Positions 59,148 through 64,000 of a stretch of 64,000 bases of DNA are shown piece by piece. The position numbers and the translations under genes are program-made. Origin of the DNA: Lenisia limosa (Eukaryota; Protista; Breviatea); assembly GCA_001655205.1 (NCBI GenBank), contig LPNZ01007402.1:1-64000 (forward strand). The letters are read 5' to 3'. Numbering within the stretch: position 1 is the first letter of the stretch; the number at the start of each line of letters is the position of its first letter. Under the pieces are notes generated by a model. The model was given only the letters and a program-made list of their open reading frames with translations, was not told the DNA's origin and ran no database searches.

Positions 59148-62100
59148 ATGAACGAATCACCTACGCAGCCAACTCCGTTTTGGAGGGCATCGTTTCAGCA
59201 TGCTGAAGGCCAGGCATGCCAAGCTCTCAAGGAGTGAGTACCGGATTTTTGATTGGAATCCAATAACCAGTTACATTGTAGACTTGCCGCCCAAGTCGGG
59301 GTATCCACCCCAGAGACATTCGAATTAACTAATGGAAAGGTGGAGAGCTTCCTTACCCAAATCAAGCAACGTAGGCAATTTTTTTTTTTTTTTGTTAACT
59401 ATTTTCCTCTCACTCATTTGTAGAAATTCTCACAGAACCAACCGTAATTCATGAGTCGGTTCCATGCTCGTTTTCTTCCATCCCTTCAAAGCCACCACTT
59501 CTACCTGATTTTCTGTGAGTTTGTTTCATTTTCTCCCAAAATTCTGCTCGGCATAATGATTGAATTGAATTTCGACAGATTGTATTTTACCTCTCTGTTT
59601 TCATGGTTGTAGCTCTTATTTCCGTTTGCCCTTCCAAGATAAGGCCACCTTTTTTCCACCCACGCAAAAGTAAGCAGATCATTATTATATCAGCATCTAT
59701 TTCCGTTGTGCCCATCACTTCTTAGACCATCAACGATTACAATTGAGCCGATTCCTTTTCTTCCGGATTCAACTGTCTCAAAGATGGCCGTTTTCTTCAA
59801 TAGGGACTACAAAGTGGCTGTTGATCATGTTAGTCCAGCGGTTTTTTAATTATTTAGTTTGTCGACATTCGGAGGAACCAGTTTTTGATGTACATTTCTG
59901 ATGCGGTGGATGGAATTCGAAGCACTCCCCAAGGTTTGTATGACCCCCATCGCCTTTCCAAAACAGATGGCTAACAATAAAAATAGCAGAATTTTGGAAT
60001 ATTATATGATATGTATGGAAAGCAACAAATAGTCTCAAGAAATGAGATTCTGACTTTTCAGGCTCTGTAGCACCACTCCCCAACCTTCACTCTTCTGCAG
60101 AGAAATATCCTGAGGTAGGAAAGACAAGTTTTGCTAAATTGCTTTACCTCGTCTAATGATTTGTAGACCACACAAGCGTCCAAAAAGAGCAATCAGACCT
60201 TCATGGACAGTGGTCCCATCATCGCCCCTCCAAAGGTCTCAAACAAAACCCATTTCACAAGTACTGGCGGTAGGGGGGGAGTGTTTTGCAAATCTCTTGA
60301 AAATACATATTAATGTTACATCCATTTTTTTTATTGTTAAAATATTATACAGGTGAAGGAATAAATTGCTGTTATTATATAGCTGAATGCTACTTCGAGC
60401 TTTCACTATCAGTAATAAATTTCACTATCATATGTTTTTATTGATAACTCATCACACCATTTCAACAAACAAGAAGTTATCATTCAGGGTTGAGCTCAAA
60501 CACAGCATCTCCTTTGGACAAACAAACCCAATCGCCAAAAGTGCAGCAGCTCTGGAACACAGCAAGTAGCGTTTGCCGCAATACTTTAGCACGAGCTCAG
60601 GTATTGCCTCTGCCTTCTTTCTCTCCGTCCTTTTTGGTACTTTATTTACGTGTTCAGATGGACATTCTCATGGCCAGATCAGGAGGAGTGGAGATCAAAG
60701 TGAACTATCTCGCAATAACGTACCTCCAAGGACTCAAAGTTGGAATGTCTTTTGAATTACAGTGAATCATCACGGCCTGCTAGGAATATGATGCATATTT
60801 ATAGCACATAATGAGGGTACACAAATTTATAATATTATCGGATAGTAACACAATTAGGTGTGCCTTCAAGATATCTTAAAGTTGACATTGGACCATGGAC
60901 TCAGTGAATTCGACCAGTGTGCTTGCGTCTCCTGCATTGGCTGTGTTTACTACGCCTTCTCTGCTCAGTGGCTCGGATTGGTGGCATGTATGCTGCTTGA
61001 GCCTGTCATTAATGACTAGAACTTCCTTTGGTCCTTAAGGGAAAAGATTTTTTTTTCAATAATTTTCTACTACTTTCACGGTCTTTTTCCGACCGTAGGA
61101 AAGGCATCATATTGACGTATGTAGATCAGCCGTATGATGAGGTGTCGTCAACAGTTCATCTCATTTCAACACCACGGAGGTCCTCCATTGCGTCACCTTC
61201 GGGTGCTTCTGGGGGCATATCCAAGAGTGAGAGGGGCAGGGGAAAGGATTGAGGATTCTCAATAATTGGACTGACGTTCTAGACCCGGATGACAAGANNN
61301 NNNNNNNNNNNNNNNNNNNNNNNNNNNNNNNNNNNNNNNNNNNNNNNNNNNNNNNNNNNNNNNNNNNNNNNNNNNNNNNNNNNNNNNNNNNNNNNNNNNN
61401 NNNCACCCCTTATTTAATTGTATGGTCTTAAATCGTATCTTTTTGTTCATACACTACGACATAGTACATATCATATTATGTCTAATACTATTTTTGAACC
61501 GGAAATAATATTATCGTTTTATGTTTAAATCAGGGAAACAAATAAATACATAGGGATATTATAAAAACAAATTACCATACTTCCGCGCCCACGCTCCTTG
61601 GCGCCCCCCCTCCCCCCAAATACACTTGGTGCTGGGGACTCCCAACAGTAGCGGGGTGAGTACTGGCTAACCATGCTCAGTCTGTCGCACCTCTGTGTGA
61701 TTTCAGTGAAGAGAGAAGGAAGAAGTAGTAGTAAAAGGTCTCTAAGGAAATAAAAACTGTCCCAAAGAAAAACTAATATGAAAAAAATATATTGTGAGGC
61801 CTGGTTTTGAAGCCTTTGGGTTAAGACCTGTAATTTTCCTTGGGACACCGAGGACTGGGGGAAAAATACTTGGTCAAATTTCGTCCAATTTTCAGACCTA
61901 ATAAATTCGGAGTTTTCCCCTACTATGTCCTTCCTAAACCCACCTTCCACCCACTTTTAATTTCTAGACCCTGTCTAGACCCTATACAGTCTAAAACTAG
62001 ACCTCTGTCTGGGAAATGTGACCCCCTATCGAGTAAATTTTATTTCGGTCCCAGTGAAAACCCGACCCCTTTTTTGGGTACTCCAATCAACTTTTTTTTC

Positions 62101-64000
62101 TCTTTTTTTTATCATATACTGTATTTTCCGGCCTTTTGTCAACTTACTCATTGTATTCCTATGTGCACTGACCCCGCAGGACGTCTGAGCGATCGAAGAG
62201 CACAGTGCGGTTTCGTGACACCGAGAACGGCGATGGTAGGAGGCAACAAAGTACTGGATTAGCACCGGATTATATTTAATTTTATGACTCACACACACAC
62301 CAGCAATCACGGACCAACTCCATTGCATGAACGATAACCGCAACCTCATGTCCCTTGTTGAGGTAAGGCGTGTTAGGGTCTCTGTTTTGATGACTCTTTC
62401 AGGGCTTGCCTTTGAGACGCAGAGATACTACTCTTGCTTGTGATATGTTCTTAAGTAAGTTCTGAGTCAAGTTGATTTCACTGTAACAATCCTTGAATAA
62501 AGTCTGCAACCTCTCTTCTTTTACCCGTGTAGAAGTTGCTCCTGTTCTCTTGAACCACACCATCAAAGTTGAAAACTGTTTGTGGGTTTTTTTACCATAG
62601 AATGAAAAATAGATCATAAAATGGTCATTCTGGGAGGCAGGCAGAAAGCTATGTACACAGAGGTGTACAACCTTGTGTTATATCTCATCTCTATGCTATA
62701 TTTATAATATAATATCACATCATGGTATGTATTGATCACTTTTCTTGCCATATTGTCTGAAAGTTAGTGCGCCGAATTAGGACTATATTTTTGACTGCAG
62801 TGAATGTCTGGAATGTAATTGTCATTCAGCTGAAACCGCCCTCCCCTTCATTGACCAATTTACCTCTCTACTTTCGACCTTGCTCTGCACCTTGATGCTC
62901 AGTGACTCCCATACCCTCATGGTGGGATCTATAAATTTCCTTTTCCAAGTTGTGTCTATCAAATTAGCTTTGATTTTTACGCTCCAGCTTGACCTACGGA
63001 CCTCTATCCAGCAAATTGTCCACCAATACATCTGGACTTGGCAAAGGTGAGAGGAACAATCACCAACCTATTGTTTTTTTGGACAAGCAAAATGGAAATG
63101 CGATGTTGAAATATATATATACTATATCATATGATATAGTATGGGTCCTCAAAGCTCCGGACATCATTCAAAATTCCCGGACACATCAAAACTCCCGGAC
63201 AGCTTGAACATAGAGAAATGGACCTCCTAATGTTCCCTAACTTTTTTTTTCAATTTTGAGCAAATGTCAAAAATCCGTGAATTTGGTCTCCCGGGGGTCC
63301 CCCTTTTGCCTTTTCACAGGATTTTTTCTGAATCTTACCCTCTTTTAGTGTTAAGAAACAAAAATTTGTACTCCCTCGGAGTAATTGGTTCTGGGTTCCC
63401 ATTTGCTTTGGCTATGTAATGGTGAATTTTGAGGGGAAAATGCCACTGTCTACAAGGGTAAACTTTCCAGGGTTTCTGGGTAGTTTATGGTGATTTTGTA
63501 TGGAAAACTCAAGCTGTCTGGGAGTTTTGATGTGTCCGGGAATTTTGAATGATGTCCGGAGCTTTGTCTAGATATAATTATATATATTTATCCTTCACTT
63601 TGTCCGGAGTATTTCACTGTGTTCATTCACTTTGTTCTTCCCATTTCACACTTCAGTTTGGGAATTACTTCTCCACAAATGGTAAGTCAACGAAGCTTTG
63701 GCAACTCAGTGGAACTCTTCAACATATCCTTATCTATATAGGTCCGCCATGTTGTTAAGATAATTTCCGCCCTGTTGACCCAGTTGTCCGATATTGTACC
63801 TGAATTCTACCACGTTGTTTCAAAGCCAGAAACCTCTGTCTCATCATTTACCAAACAACTCTCAAATAGTAGGTATTTTAATAGTGTCATCCTTATTCAC
63901 TCCAGGACTGGGTTCACGCAGATGCGGAGCAACATCGCTGGCCATCTTGACTGAAACGCAAGAGCCCCTCCAGACCTTCCTCAGCACCCTGACTGGTACG
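59148..64000 (+). CDS. Large multi-exon hypothetical protein (possibly two genes), running off the right edge
   Basis: Many short GT-AG exons with open frames (MNESPTQPTPFWRASF..., FVDIRRNQFLMYISDA, GLPLRRRDTTLACDMFL, VRHVVKIISALLTQLSDIVPEF...); no confident family. Confidence 0.45.
63151..63565. mobile_element. 415-bp non-autonomous TIR (foldback/MITE-like) element in an intron
   Basis: 57-bp TIRs with one mismatch (63151-63207 and 63509-63565), each containing CC(G/A)GACA subrepeats; no ORF inside. Confidence 0.85.

Noticed and set aside
59700-60560. Faint TAF1 (DUF3591)-like motifs in the last gene
   Set aside because: Only scattered residues match and the key motifs are missing; left as hypothetical.
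63724-63733. ATATCCTT, a U12-type 5' splice-site motif
   Set aside because: It sits inside an ordinary GTAAG...TAG intron near its 3' end, and no AT-AC or GTATCCTT introns were needed in any gene model.
1-64000. CRISPR arrays, rRNA, prokaryotic operons, autonomous transposases or viral genes
   Set aside because: No repeat-spacer arrays, rRNA motifs, or long intronless transposase, integrase or capsid ORFs were seen; the content is spliceosomal-intron-rich eukaryotic DNA.

Overview
AT-rich, gene-dense and very intron-rich nuclear DNA from a unicellular eukaryote. It uses the standard code and short GT-AG introns, and its N gaps sit next to homopolymers. The lineage is unknown; a CudA-like protein and an sAC-type cyclase weakly hint at Amoebozoa. 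Most long ORFs in the supplied track are fragments or gap artefacts, so gene models were spliced by hand. About 23 protein genes are present. Recognisable ones are BCAT (partial), a TLC-domain protein, a DysF-domain protein, Rab8/Sec4, PHF5A, DOHH, PIG-Y, a divergent H2A/H2B pair, pinin, an hnRNP-type 2xRRM protein, a LIM/CRIP protein, SLC35F6, eIF4E and RNase T2. There is also one tRNA-Phe and several intronic MITE-like repeat families. The most striking item is a 9.3 kb gene (23760-33062) encoding an N-acylated, soluble-adenylyl-cyclase-type double catalytic domain with Gln/Ala at the purine-specificity positions, fused to two FIST (NosP-like) sensor modules. It is a candidate ligand- or NO/heme-regulated nucleotidyl (possibly guanylyl) cyclase. 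Second is an 80-nt element shared by the H2A and H2B 3' UTRs, containing a variant histone stem-loop with a compensatory base change, together with a double E2F palindrome in their shared promoter.
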